This document shows positions 1-8,784 of a DNA stretch of 64,000 bases, piece after piece (positions within the stretch are counted from its first letter, which is position 1; every line of letters begins with the position of its first letter). The position numbers were made by a program, and so were the translations under genes. Under the pieces are notes generated by a model that was given only the letters and a program-made list of their open reading frames with translations, had not been told where the DNA came from and ran no database searches. Where the stretch lies: assembly GCA_963741955.1 (NCBI GenBank), contig CAVUKB010000005.1, positions 608,001-672,000 of the forward strand, given 5' to 3'. Source of the DNA: an uncultured Acidobacteriota bacterium. GTDB taxonomy: Bacteria; Acidobacteriota; Thermoanaerobaculia; Gp7-AA8.

Positions 1-925
1 ATCTTCTCGAGCCGCGACTGGCTGGAAAGTACTTTCTGGAGCGTTCCCCAGCGCGCCTTCAGCTGTGCCTTCGCAATCGGCGTGAGCCCCTTCGTCTTGG
101 CCTCGAACCATAGATCGATCTTTTCCTGGGAGGTGATGCTCTGGTCAATGTCACGGGCCTCGTAGCGTAGATCCAAGACGACGCCGTCCTTCACGGCCTC
201 GTCGAACTTGTAGGTGTGGATGTAGCGCCCAAAGATCTCGATGCTCCGCTTCTTGTCGGACTTCAGGAGCGGCGTGCCCGTGAAGCCGTAGAAGACCGCG
301 CCCGGGAGGATCGTCTTCATCGCGTCATGGAGATCCCCCGACTGCGTGCGATGGCATTCGTCGACGAACACGAAGACGTTGCCCTTCGCCTTGAACCCCT
401 TCGGGAGCGCGCGCTTCAGATCCTCGACGAAGCCCTTAATGTCGCCGACGCTCTCGCCATCTTCCTTGCCACCGAACTTGTGGATGAGCGAGCAGACAAG
501 CCACGGGGTCGATTCGTTCAGTGACGCGATGAGGTCCGACCCGGACTTCGTGCGGTGGATGTGCTCATCCACGCCCTTGAAGACCTTCTCGATCTGCTCG
601 TCGAGCTCCGTCCGGTCCGTGATGATGAGGACGCGCGAGTCCTGTACGTTCTCGCGAATCCACTTCGCGAGCCACACCATCGTGAGGCTCTTTCCGGAGC
701 CCTGTGTGTGCCAGATGATGCCGCCCTCGCGGCGCTCGACGAAGTCCTGCGCGGCCCGCACGCCGAAGTACTGGTTATGTCGGCAGAGCTTCTTCACGCC
801 TGCGTCGAAGACGATGAAGTCGTGGATGAGCTCCAGGAACCGGTGCTTCTCGCAGAGTTGGAGGAGGGCCTTGTCGAGGGGGTTCGCTTCCGCGCCTTCC
901 TCCTTCCACGTGAGGTAGTACTTCT
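1..925 (-). pseudogene. hsdR: Type I restriction subunit HsdR, 5'-truncated at the ISL3 end; continues beyond window start
   Basis: Manual minus-strand translation: EKYYLTWKE...RHNQYFGV...GGIIWHTQGSGKSLTM (Walker A)...VFVDECHR (DExH)...GFTGTP. No start codon or N-terminal nuclease domain before the IS end at 926. Confidence 0.9.
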
Positions 926-2509
926 GGATCTCCTAACAGGTGTGTAGCAGAGTTCATAGGCCGAGAGGATGGAATGCGATTGCTGACGTACAGAGGAACG
1001 CCATTGCGATCAGAGCTTCCGCGGTGTGAAAGCCGAAAGCGCGGTGACTGAGCATTCGGATCTTGTTGTTGCAGCCTTCAGCAACTGCATTCGTGAGTCG
1101 ATACTCGAAGTAACGGCGGATGCCAGGCCATTTCGCCGCGACGGTTCGCGCGAAGCGAACGAGGGGTTGAATGCGGCTATGAACCGCGGACTGATACCAG
1201 CGCTTGAACCGTCGATCAGCTTGGCGGACGGACGAGGAGTCATAGATGTCCTGAAAGGATTCCTTGACCAGGTAACTGCGAAAGAGGGTGTGATTCATCC
1301 GCGCGAGCTCCGAGAGTTTCGCCTCCTCGGCATCACGCAGGTTCCAGGGGTTCTTCAGGAGGACGAACCGAGTGGATTTGAGAGCGGAGCGCTCCTCGCC
1401 GGTGGCCTTTCGCATCTCGTCCCGCCTCACCTGATCGATCGCATTCCCGAGGAGTTGGACCACGTGGAACCGATCGAAAACGACCTCGGCGTTCGGCAGT
1501 CGGTCGCGAACAGCTTTCTCGAAGGCCGCGCTCATGTCGATGCTCACCAGACGGATTCGCGCGCAGCGCTCGGGGCCGAGCAGATCGAACAGCCCGTCGA
1601 GAACCTCTGCACTTTTACCCTTCGCCGCCCAGATCATCTGCCCGGTCTCGTGGTTCGTGACCACGGTCATGAACTTCTTCGGCCGCCCCCAGCAGATCTC
1701 GTCGATGCCGATCCGGGTCAGATTCTCGAGCGCGTTCGGGTCGCGTTTTTCGGCAACCACTCGAGCGGCGATCCGTCCGGCCGTGAGCCAGCTGACCTTG
1801 AAGTACGCCGAGACCGCGGTTTGATTGGATCGCTGCAGAAACCAGGCAAGCTCGTCTTCGAACGCGCGGGTGAACATCGAACCAGGCCGTGCCCACGGAA
1901 CCGCGGCCGTTCGCACCCCGCAGCGGCGGCAACGCACCCGCGGCAGATCCGCCCGCAGCATCACCCGGCATCCCCAGAGGCCGAGATGACGCCATTCGCG
2001 ATGCTTCATCACCGTTCCGTGAAGCTCGGGAGCAACCCGTCCGCACCCTCCGCACCGCGGACGTCTCCACGTTGGACTCACGTCGAGATAGAGACTCCGA
2101 GCTTCGAACCGAACCCCGCGAACCGTTACGTTTGCCATGTTGAGCAACTTCCGGAACAATGTCGTCAGGCGCACCGTGCCTGTCCTCCCCGTGTCTTGGT
2201 TTCATCGACTACAGACTACGGGAAATGGGCAGCACGGTTCGCCGATTCCAACCTGCTATCGCTGCTTCGATCTTCACCTCTCCACGAGCAGCGACTTTCG
2301 GGGCTCCTTCAGATCCTTCCGCGACGGCGGGGCAAGTTGTGGGAACGGCGGAAAACGCGGCGGCCGGGTGGCGGCGTTTTCCGCGGTTTCCACAACTTCG
2401 CTTTCCGAACGCTTCGGCGAACACCGACTTGCTCCTCGAAAACAGCCGCGTCGCCGTTCCTGCATGCCTCCGACAATCATTCCGCACCTACACACCTGTT
2501 AGGAGAACC
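926..2509 (-). mobile_element. ISL3-family insertion sequence (~1584 bp)
   Basis: 22-bp terminal IRs with 1 mismatch: GGATCTCCTAACAGGTGTGTAG (926-947) and CTACACACCTGTTAGGAGAACC (2488-2509). Encloses an ISL3 transposase. Flanks (GTACTTCT / CGTTTTTC) are not duplicated. Confidence 0.92.
954..2174 (-). CDS. ISL3-family transposase
   Basis: Zn finger CGGC...CRRC, GIDE, SIDMSAAF, FDRFHVV and TNAVAEGCNNKIR motifs. Confidence 0.95.
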   Translation of the reverse strand: MRLTTLFRKLLNMANVTVRGVRFEARSLYLDVSPTWRRPRCGGCGRVAPELHGTVMKHREWRHLGLWGCRVMLRADLPRVRCRRCGVRTAAVPWARPGSMFTRAFEDELAWFLQRSNQTAVSAYFKVSWLTAGRIAARVVAEKRDPNALENLTRIGIDEICWGRPKKFMTVVTNHETGQMIWAAKGKSAEVLDGLFDLLGPERCARIRLVSIDMSAAFEKAVRDRLPNAEVVFDRFHVVQLLGNAIDQVRRDEMRKATGEERSALKSTRFVLLKNPWNLRDAEEAKLSELARMNHTLFRSYLVKESFQDIYDSSSVRQADRRFKRWYQSAVHSRIQPLVRFARTVAAKWPGIRRYFEYRLTNAVAEGCNNKIRMLSHRAFGFHTAEALIAMAFLCTSAIAFHPLGL

Positions 2510-2633
2510 CGTTTTTCTCTGCATCCAGCATCTTGCCCAGCTGTACAGAAAACTCGTCTCCAACGGTCGATACACCCCAATCCTCAGGGATGACACCCAC
2601 TTCCGTCAGCTTGTATCCGGTCCTCACTTCCAT
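2510..2633 (-). pseudogene. hsdS: Type I specificity subunit HsdS, N-terminal ~41 codons only
   Basis: ATG at 2633 overlaps the hsdM end. Reads MEVRTGYKLTEVGVIPEDWGVSTVGDEFSVQLGKMLDAEKN (typical HsdS start) and is then cut by ISL3. Confidence 0.88.
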
Positions 2634-5050
2634 GATGCGCCCATGCGTTTCAGGTGTTCCTCGACGCGCGAAGCGAGAAATGCCACTTCATCAGTGAGCT
2701 GCGGCAGGGGGGAAGCGTAGCGTTCGGCCAGCTCTCGAATGCGGCCGGTCAGAGTCTGTGACACGCGGTCCAGCTCGCCCTGCACCTCCGCCGAGAGGCG
2801 CGTCATCCATTTGTCGTCCACCACCAGCGCCTTGATCTCGGCCTCGGTGAGCTTCGGATACTTCGAGTAGGTGAGCTTGTCGAGCACCGCTTCCTGCTCC
2901 TTCACGGCACGCTTGAACGTGACCTCACTCTCGGAGAGCTCTAGCCATCGCGTGAGCACGACTGCCTCGTCCTTCGCATCCTTGTCGCCTTTGATCTCCT
3001 TCAGCCTTGCGCTGACCTCGGCCTTCGCGATCTTGTCGAGCGAACCGAGGAAGCCATCTTCAGCGCCGTGTTCCTCCTCCAGCTCGGTGAGGCCGGCAGT
3101 GGCGGCTTCGAGCTCAGCCTGTTGCGCGTCGAGCGCGGCCTGTTCGCTCGCGAAGTAGCGCGCGACGACGAGCGCCTTCGGGATCAGATCGCAGGTCCAT
3201 CCCTTATCCTTCTGCTTGCCCTTCTTGTCCGTCACCACGCTGCGTGCAGTGCGCGCAGCCCAGCCGTCAGCGGCGATGAGATAGGCGTCGTCCTGCATGG
3301 TCTCGTTCCAGTAGTCCATGAGGTGCTGGTAGATGTCGTACGCGTCGAGCAGCGGCACATTCTTGAATCTGTCGAGCAGGCTCTCGGCGATCGTCTCGAT
3401 GAGTTCTTTCGGGTGGCCGTCCTTGCCGAAGGCCATGAGCTGCGGGGTGGTCGTCGCCCGCCATGCAGCGAAGCGCGCGCCTGCGGCCTTATTGAACGCG
3501 GCGAACTCCGAGTGCCCCAGGACAGCGGTCTTCACCTCGGTGAGCGGCACCTTGATTTCCACGTAGCCGGGGCGCCCGGCGGACTCGAAGAGTGCGGCAC
3601 GAATAGCGGGGAGCACGGTCCAATAGTCTGCCAGCGCATCGATGTCGCGCTCGGGGATGCCGCCGCGCAGGTGCGCATCGATGTTCTGCAGGTCCTCGGG
3701 CTCAGAGCTGTCGATGTAGCGCGGCAGGTTCAGGTTGTAGTCGTTCTTCGGATCGGCGATCTCATCGAGGGGAACCATGCGCGCGTAGCGCGGCACTTCA
3801 ACCTGGCGGGTGAAGGTGTCCACGATGCGGTGGATATCCTGCGCTCGCAGGCGATTCTTCGGCCCATCCTTCATAAAGCCCTTCGAGGCGTCGATCACGA
3901 AGATGCCCGTTCGCGAGGCCGCACCTTCCTTGTCGAGAACGACGATGCAGGCCGGGATGCCTGTTCCAAAGAAGAGATTCGGCGGGAGCCCGATGATCCC
4001 CTTGATGTAGCCGCGCCGCACGATCTCACGACGGATGTCGGCCTCGGTATTCCCGCGGAACAGGACGCCGTGCGGGAGAATGATCGCGCCCTTCCCGGTG
4101 CTCTTGAGGCTCGCGAGGAGGTGCAGGAGGAACGCGTAGTCGCCGTTCTTCACAGGCGGGATGCCGAGGGCGAAACGCGCGTAGAGATCGTTCGCAGGAT
4201 CAAGCCCGTTGCTCCACGCTTTGGTGGAGAACGGCGGATTCGCCACCGCGAAATCAAAGGTCTTCAGCTTCCCGGTCTTGGGTTCTGTGAAGTGCGGCGC
4301 CGAGAGCGTGTTGTCCTTCCAGATCTCACCCGTCGGGCAGTCGTGGAGGATGAGATTCATCCGTGCGAGAGCGGCGGTCGCGTTGTCGTTCTCCTGGCCG
4401 TAAACCGCGAGGTCGAACCCCGTCGAGCTCTTCGCTTCGTCGTGCGCTTTCAGGAGCAGGGACCCTGACCCGCACGTCGGATCGTAGATCGTCTGGCTCG
4501 CGTTCTTCGCGCTCCCGAGCCCGATCACCTTCGCCATGATCCGGGAGACCTCGGCGGGGGTGTAGAACTGCCCCTTGCTCTTGCCGCTCTCCGTCGCGAA
4601 GTGGCGCATGAGGTACTCGTAGGCGTCGCCGAGCAGATCGTCCCCGTCCGCACGATTCGCCCGGAAATCGAGATCGGGCTTGTCGAAGATGCCGATCAGA
4701 TTCGAGAGCCGATCGACCATGTCCTTGCCCTTGCCCAGCTTGTCCTCGTCGTTCCAGTCGGCGACGTCGATCACGCCCTTCAGGTCGTTCGTCTCGGCGA
4801 GCTTCGCGACGATCTTGTTCATCTTGTCGCCGATCTCTTTGTCGCCTTTCAGGGCGATCATGTCGGCGAAGCTTCCGCCCTTCGGGACATCGAGCAGGTA
4901 GTTCTTCTGGCTCGCGGCCTTGTCGGAGACGTACTTCACGAATAACAGGACGAGGACGTAGTCCTTGTACTGCGAGGCGTCCATCCCGCCGCGAAGCTCA
5001 TCGCAGGACTGCCAGATGGACGAGTAGAGTTGTGACTTTTTGAGTGGCAT
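2624..5050 (-). CDS. hsdM: Type I R-M methyltransferase subunit
   Basis: LRGGMDASQYKDY, GQFYTP, YDPTCGSG (SAM binding) and ANPPF (N6-MTase) motifs. Confidence 0.96.
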   Translation of the reverse strand: MPLKKSQLYSSIWQSCDELRGGMDASQYKDYVLVLLFVKYVSDKAASQKNYLLDVPKGGSFADMIALKGDKEIGDKMNKIVAKLAETNDLKGVIDVADWNDEDKLGKGKDMVDRLSNLIGIFDKPDLDFRANRADGDDLLGDAYEYLMRHFATESGKSKGQFYTPAEVSRIMAKVIGLGSAKNASQTIYDPTCGSGSLLLKAHDEAKSSTGFDLAVYGQENDNATAALARMNLILHDCPTGEIWKDNTLSAPHFTEPKTGKLKTFDFAVANPPFSTKAWSNGLDPANDLYARFALGIPPVKNGDYAFLLHLLASLKSTGKGAIILPHGVLFRGNTEADIRREIVRRGYIKGIIGLPPNLFFGTGIPACIVVLDKEGAASRTGIFVIDASKGFMKDGPKNRLRAQDIHRIVDTFTRQVEVPRYARMVPLDEIADPKNDYNLNLPRYIDSSEPEDLQNIDAHLRGGIPERDIDALADYWTVLPAIRAALFESAGRPGYVEIKVPLTEVKTAVLGHSEFAAFNKAAGARFAAWRATTTPQLMAFGKDGHPKELIETIAESLLDRFKNVPLLDAYDIYQHLMDYWNETMQDDAYLIAADGWAARTARSVVTDKKGKQKDKGWTCDLIPKALVVARYFASEQAALDAQQAELEAATAGLTELEEEHGAEDGFLGSLDKIAKAEVSARLKEIKGDKDAKDEAVVLTRWLELSESEVTFKRAVKEQEAVLDKLTYSKYPKLTEAEIKALVVDDKWMTRLSAEVQGELDRVSQTLTGRIRELAERYASPLPQLTDEVAFLASRVEEHLKRMGASWK

Positions 5051-5351
5051 GGGCGATTTATGAACCTCTACCTCCGCGGTCGGACGGCACTCGCGGTTCG
5101 TTCGGGACCGCCGGACGATCAGGAAGCGCTCCCACGCTCATGCTACCGAAAGGCACGGCTTCGCGATAGGCCAATCCTCGATCCACCCCCGCTTCGCCAT
5201 CTCCTTGCAGGGTTATCTCTTTGCCCATTTCGGCGTGAGGGAGGTGGATGGATCCGTGAACAGGGACCCGTCGCCGGAGGCCGGGCAAGTGAAAACGCGG
5301 GGCCTAACGGCCCCGCGTCTGGAGTTTGGCGTTTCTCGAGCAAGGCGCGAG

Positions 5352-6764
5352 CTACGAAGTGGCGTACTGGACAGCCATTTCGGGGGTGACAGCGGATTTC
5401 GAGCGCTTCAGGTGTCGTGCGACGGGGGTCTGGAAGTCGGTGAAATTGGGGGGTTCGAAGTTGCGGATGTGGCGAATGCAGGCGGATCGCATCGCGCGAA
5501 GGTACTGGCCGGTGGGTATTCGCCACTGATCGGGGATATCGTTGTCTCTCCACTTGGGCATCAGTTCGGGGGGCGCAGTGGAGCCGAGGCCGAAGCAATC
5601 GGCGGCAGCGAGGAGCATCATCGAGTAGACGGCTACGGCGAAAGCGGGCAGCGAGTCGACCGATCGCCGGTTGCGCACCTGCGCCTGGCCGACACCGAAG
5701 ATCTGCTTTTCGTCGCGGTGATTGACCTCGATATCCCAGCGGCGGAAGTAGGCTTGGACGAGCTCGACGAGCGAGAGTTTCAGGTCGGTACAGATCAGGA
5801 ACGCCGGTTTGCGATACAGCAGGCGTGATTTCTTGCGGAGCCGATAGCCCAGTGGCCGGATCACGACGAGCCGCAGAGGCAGTTCATAACCCGAAGTTTT
5901 CCAAAGCACGGGACCGATGGTCTTGATCGAACAGGCGTGTTCACGACCCGAGGCCCAGACTTGGACCTGTTGCCAGTCGATGGATTGGTCCACGCGGAGT
6001 TGATCGGGTGTTGGGGCCTGATCGCCATACCAGCGCTTGCGTCCGCGAAGCGGTTGAGAGTTTGGAGGAAAGAACAGCTTCGCGTCGCCTCGGATGCGAC
6101 CGATCAGGATCGTTCGTTCCGGCAAGTTCCGCAGAACCGTACGGTTGGTGTAACCGCCGTCAACCACCGGCATCAGCACGCGCTCGCTCGCTCCGAGCTG
6201 GTCAAAGTCCTTGCGAGTTTGGATCAGCAGACGCGTTGCACCGATGGAAAGATTCTGCTCTTTCTGCTGGCGACGATACTCGGCACGTTCCTGCTCGGTT
6301 GCTCCGGCCCCCGGGCGAACCGCCGGAGGCTGGTGATTGAACCGGATCGGGAAGCTGCGCGCCGGACCGGCAGACTGGCCAGTTAAAGGAACACTGATCG
6401 CAGCCTGAATGAACCGTTGGGCGCGGATCAAGTTCGTGTGGAAAGGCGGCGACATCGGATCGCGCTGATAACTCACGCCTGGGATCTTCATGCCCGTCTT
6501 GCGCAACTTCGTGTCATCCAGCGGCAGCACCAGCGGTGCGTCGAGCGGCAAGTACGCGAGCAGGTGTCGTTCGATGACTCTGAACATCTCGCTCACATCG
6601 AACCGACCCTCCGAGAAAACGCGATAGTCTGCCGACCAGTCCTGCTGCGGATCGCGGCCTGCTTCAATCATTCCGCTTACCGTGTGTCGCCCGGTGCAGT
6701 TGAGCAGGCCGATGGCCAACCCACGAACCCGCTGAAGCACCCGAGCATCACAGGATCCATTCAA
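5352..6764 (-). CDS. DDE transposase, IS701/IS4-superfamily type; true 5' end uncertain
   Basis: LPLDDTKLRKTG, VVDGGY and YFRRWDIEVNHRD motifs. Frame stays open upstream to the A9 tract near 6811-6819. Confidence 0.9.
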   Translation of the reverse strand: MNGSCDARVLQRVRGLAIGLLNCTGRHTVSGMIEAGRDPQQDWSADYRVFSEGRFDVSEMFRVIERHLLAYLPLDAPLVLPLDDTKLRKTGMKIPGVSYQRDPMSPPFHTNLIRAQRFIQAAISVPLTGQSAGPARSFPIRFNHQPPAVRPGAGATEQERAEYRRQQKEQNLSIGATRLLIQTRKDFDQLGASERVLMPVVDGGYTNRTVLRNLPERTILIGRIRGDAKLFFPPNSQPLRGRKRWYGDQAPTPDQLRVDQSIDWQQVQVWASGREHACSIKTIGPVLWKTSGYELPLRLVVIRPLGYRLRKKSRLLYRKPAFLICTDLKLSLVELVQAYFRRWDIEVNHRDEKQIFGVGQAQVRNRRSVDSLPAFAVAVYSMMLLAAADCFGLGSTAPPELMPKWRDNDIPDQWRIPTGQYLRAMRSACIRHIRNFEPPNFTDFQTPVARHLKRSKSAVTPEMAVQYATS

Positions 6765-6804
6765 TTCGTCGAAGATCGCGTTGAATGAGCGAAGAAGATT
6801 TCGA

Positions 6805-7014
6805 TCAGCGTTTTTTTTTGACCCGCTTCGCTTCGACGGTTCCGGTCGGATCCTTTGCCCGCTTGAGGATCAGCGTTCGCTTGTCCTCGATGACCCATTC
6901 GACGATCTCACCGCGAATGAATTCACAAGCTTGGGCCACGGCCGCGGGAAGGTTCACGTACCACTGCCTGCTCTTTGCACGAGCGATCAGCTGCACTTTG
7001 GTTGGAAATCCCAT
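6805..7014 (-). CDS. Small AbrB/MazE-like DNA-binding protein (69 aa) inside the IS
   Basis: AGGAGG RBS before ATG 7014. MGFPTKVQLIARAKSRQWYVNLPAAVAQACEFIRGEIVEWVIEDKRTLILKR fits the swapped-hairpin pattern. Confidence 0.72.
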   Translation of the reverse strand: MGFPTKVQLIARAKSRQWYVNLPAAVAQACEFIRGEIVEWVIEDKRTLILKRAKDPTGTVEAKRVKKKR

Positions 7015-7121
7015 GGTGACCTCCTTCTGGTCTAGTGATATAACTAGATACCACGGGACGAAAAAAAAGTCCAGAATTCCTGGACTTCCGCCCAACGACT
7101 CCGAGTTCCGCCAAACTCCAG

Positions 7122-7145
7122 ACGCGGGGCCTAACGGCCCCGCGT
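7122..7145 (-). terminator. Hairpin (10-bp stem) just after radC; the copy at 5295-5318 retains the T-tract
   Basis: ACGCGGGGCC-GTTA-GGCCCCGCGT on the minus strand, followed by TTT in the reconstructed empty site. Confidence 0.55.
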
Positions 7146-7150
7146 GAGAA

Positions 7151-7732
7151 TCACATATTGCCGAGCTGCCGCAGTGAGGCAAACCGGTTCGCGCCGAGGA
7201 TCAGGTGATCGAGGACGTCGATGCCGAGGACCTTCCCCGCCTCGACGAGCTTCCGCGTGAAGAGGAGGTCCTCGCCGGACGGGGCGGGGTCGCCGGACGG
7301 GTGGTTGTGGAAGACGATGACCGCCGCAGCGTGGTCGTCGAGGGCGTGGCGGAAGATGTCGCGCGTCGACACCGTCGCACAATCAAGCGTGCCGACGTAG
7401 ATCTCGCGCTCGCGGACGATGCGGCTTCGCGCGTCGAGGTACACCGCGCCGACGCGCTCCTGCACCTGGTGCGCGTAGCGCGCGATTAACGTCCGCGCGA
7501 GCGCAACTGGGTCGCGGAGCGGACCGTTCGGCGAGTCCGTCGTCGACGCGATCCGCCGGCCCAGCTCGAGCGCCGCGGCGATTTTCGCCGCGGTCGCCGC
7601 GCCGACGCTCCCGCGCGCGCGGCTCCCGCCCCACTCGCGCCGCGCGAATGCCGGGAGGCCGTCGCGCACGAGGTCGCGGCCGAGCTCGAGGGCGTTCTTC
7701 TTACGGGTGCCGTTGCCGAGGATGACGGCGAG
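7151..7732 (-). pseudogene. radC: RadC/JAB-domain protein, 5'-truncated
   Basis: LAVILGNG...AAALELGRR...HNHPSGDPAPSGED...LDHLILG. The usual N-terminal PRE(K/R)L segment is missing. Confidence 0.85.
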
Positions 7733-8482
7733 ACGATTCCCGATGCCGTCGCACTCACGCCCGAGGAATTTCGTAGCGTGCTCGCCGTGGTTTCTCCACC
7801 TAACAAAAGGCGGTTCATTTTCGCGGTGACAACGCTGCTCCGAAGGACGCCCCTTTTCGCGCTGCAGGGCAAGTGGATCGATCTCGAGGCAGGACGGCTC
7901 CACGTAGCGGCGGCATATCAAATGAAAGGCCCGGCAAGGCGCCGGAGTCCGCTCGATGTCCCGCTTTCGCAGTGGAGCCTCGAGCAAGTACGGGATCTCG
8001 CTGCCGCGACGGATGGCTACCTCTGGCCGAATCCCGCGACAGGGATTCCGATGCGCTGGGTGGATGGTATTTTTCGCAGCGCCTTCGAGAAGGCGGGCGT
8101 ACGGCCCTTCAGCGCGCACGATCTCCGCACGACGGGCGCGAGCTGGCTCCGTGCCGCAGGAGTCGACGAGCTCGTCATCGTGATCCTACTCGGGCATCGA
8201 GGCTCGTTCGACGCTGGCGGGCAGACGCATCACGTGCGAAGCGCGGAAGTGACCCGGCAGTACACGAAGGTGTTCAATCGCGCACTCCAGGAGGCGGTCG
8301 CGGTGTTCGACACCTTGCGCCTCGAGATCGATCCGCCGGTGGCCGGCTGCGCAGAGGAAGGCGCCAATGAGAGCGCTCGTGAGAGTGCGCACGGCGTCGA
8401 TCTCACAAGCTATTGGACGGGCAGGAGTTACGGCGGGCAACTGGCGTCCCCAACGGGATTCGAACCCGTGTTGCCGCCGTGA
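7730..8482 (+). pseudogene. Tyrosine integrase, catalytic C-terminal domain only
   Basis: LTPEEF...LLRR...HDLRTTGASWL...LLGH...TRQY (R-HxxR-H-Y). Frame runs antisense into the tRNA-Glu 3' end. N-terminal domains are absent. Confidence 0.8.
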
Positions 8483-8517
8483 AAGGGCGGTGTCCTAGGC
8501 CTCTAGACGATGGGGAC
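8442..8517 (-). tRNA. tRNA-Glu(TTC)
   Basis: GTCCCCATCGTCTAGAGGCCTAGGACACCGCCCTTTCACGGCGG...GGTTCGAATCC...GGGGACGCCA. Confidence 0.97.
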
Positions 8518-8532
8518 GAAAAAATGTCTGGC

Positions 8533-8607
8533 TGGTGAGCCGGGCAGGGATCGAACCTGCGACCAATTGGTTAAAAGCCAACTGCTCTACCACTGAGCTA
8601 CCGGCCC
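8533..8607 (-). tRNA. tRNA-Lys(TTT)
   Basis: GGGCCGGTAGCTCAGTGGTAGAGCAGTTGGCTTTTAACCAA...GGTTCGATCC...CTCACCA. Confidence 0.97.
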
Positions 8608-8784
8608 GGAGCTTTCGACGAGCACGGCCCGTGCAACTTCCCGGCCGCGTCCGGAGCGGTGAAAAAATACGTGCCCCGAGCCCGCGTGTCAACCCGGAAG
8701 TGGCTAACCGAACGGTGCGTCACGACATTTCAGCGGCTCGTCCTTTTTTGCGTCGCGGCTGCTCCGATCCGGAGGAAATCCGCG

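Larger units (their letters stand above)
5319..7121 (-). mobile_element. IS701-like element with two ORFs, 13-bp IRs and a 24-bp flanking direct repeat
   Basis: CTGGAGTTTGGCG (5319-5331) and CGCCAAACTCCAG (7109-7121). ACGCGGGGCCTAACGGCCCCGCGT occurs at both 5295-5318 and 7122-7145. Confidence 0.88.

Noticed and set aside
918-2517. 8-bp TSD for ISL3
   Set aside because: The flanks GTACTTCT and CGTTTTTC differ.
6805-7014. Antitoxin of a toxin-antitoxin pair
   Set aside because: There is no adjacent toxin ORF, and the gene lies inside the IS IRs directly upstream of the transposase.
7733-8119. N-terminal extension of the 322-aa radC ORF
   Set aside because: It is the antisense shadow of the integrase fragment; RadC similarity starts only near 7732.
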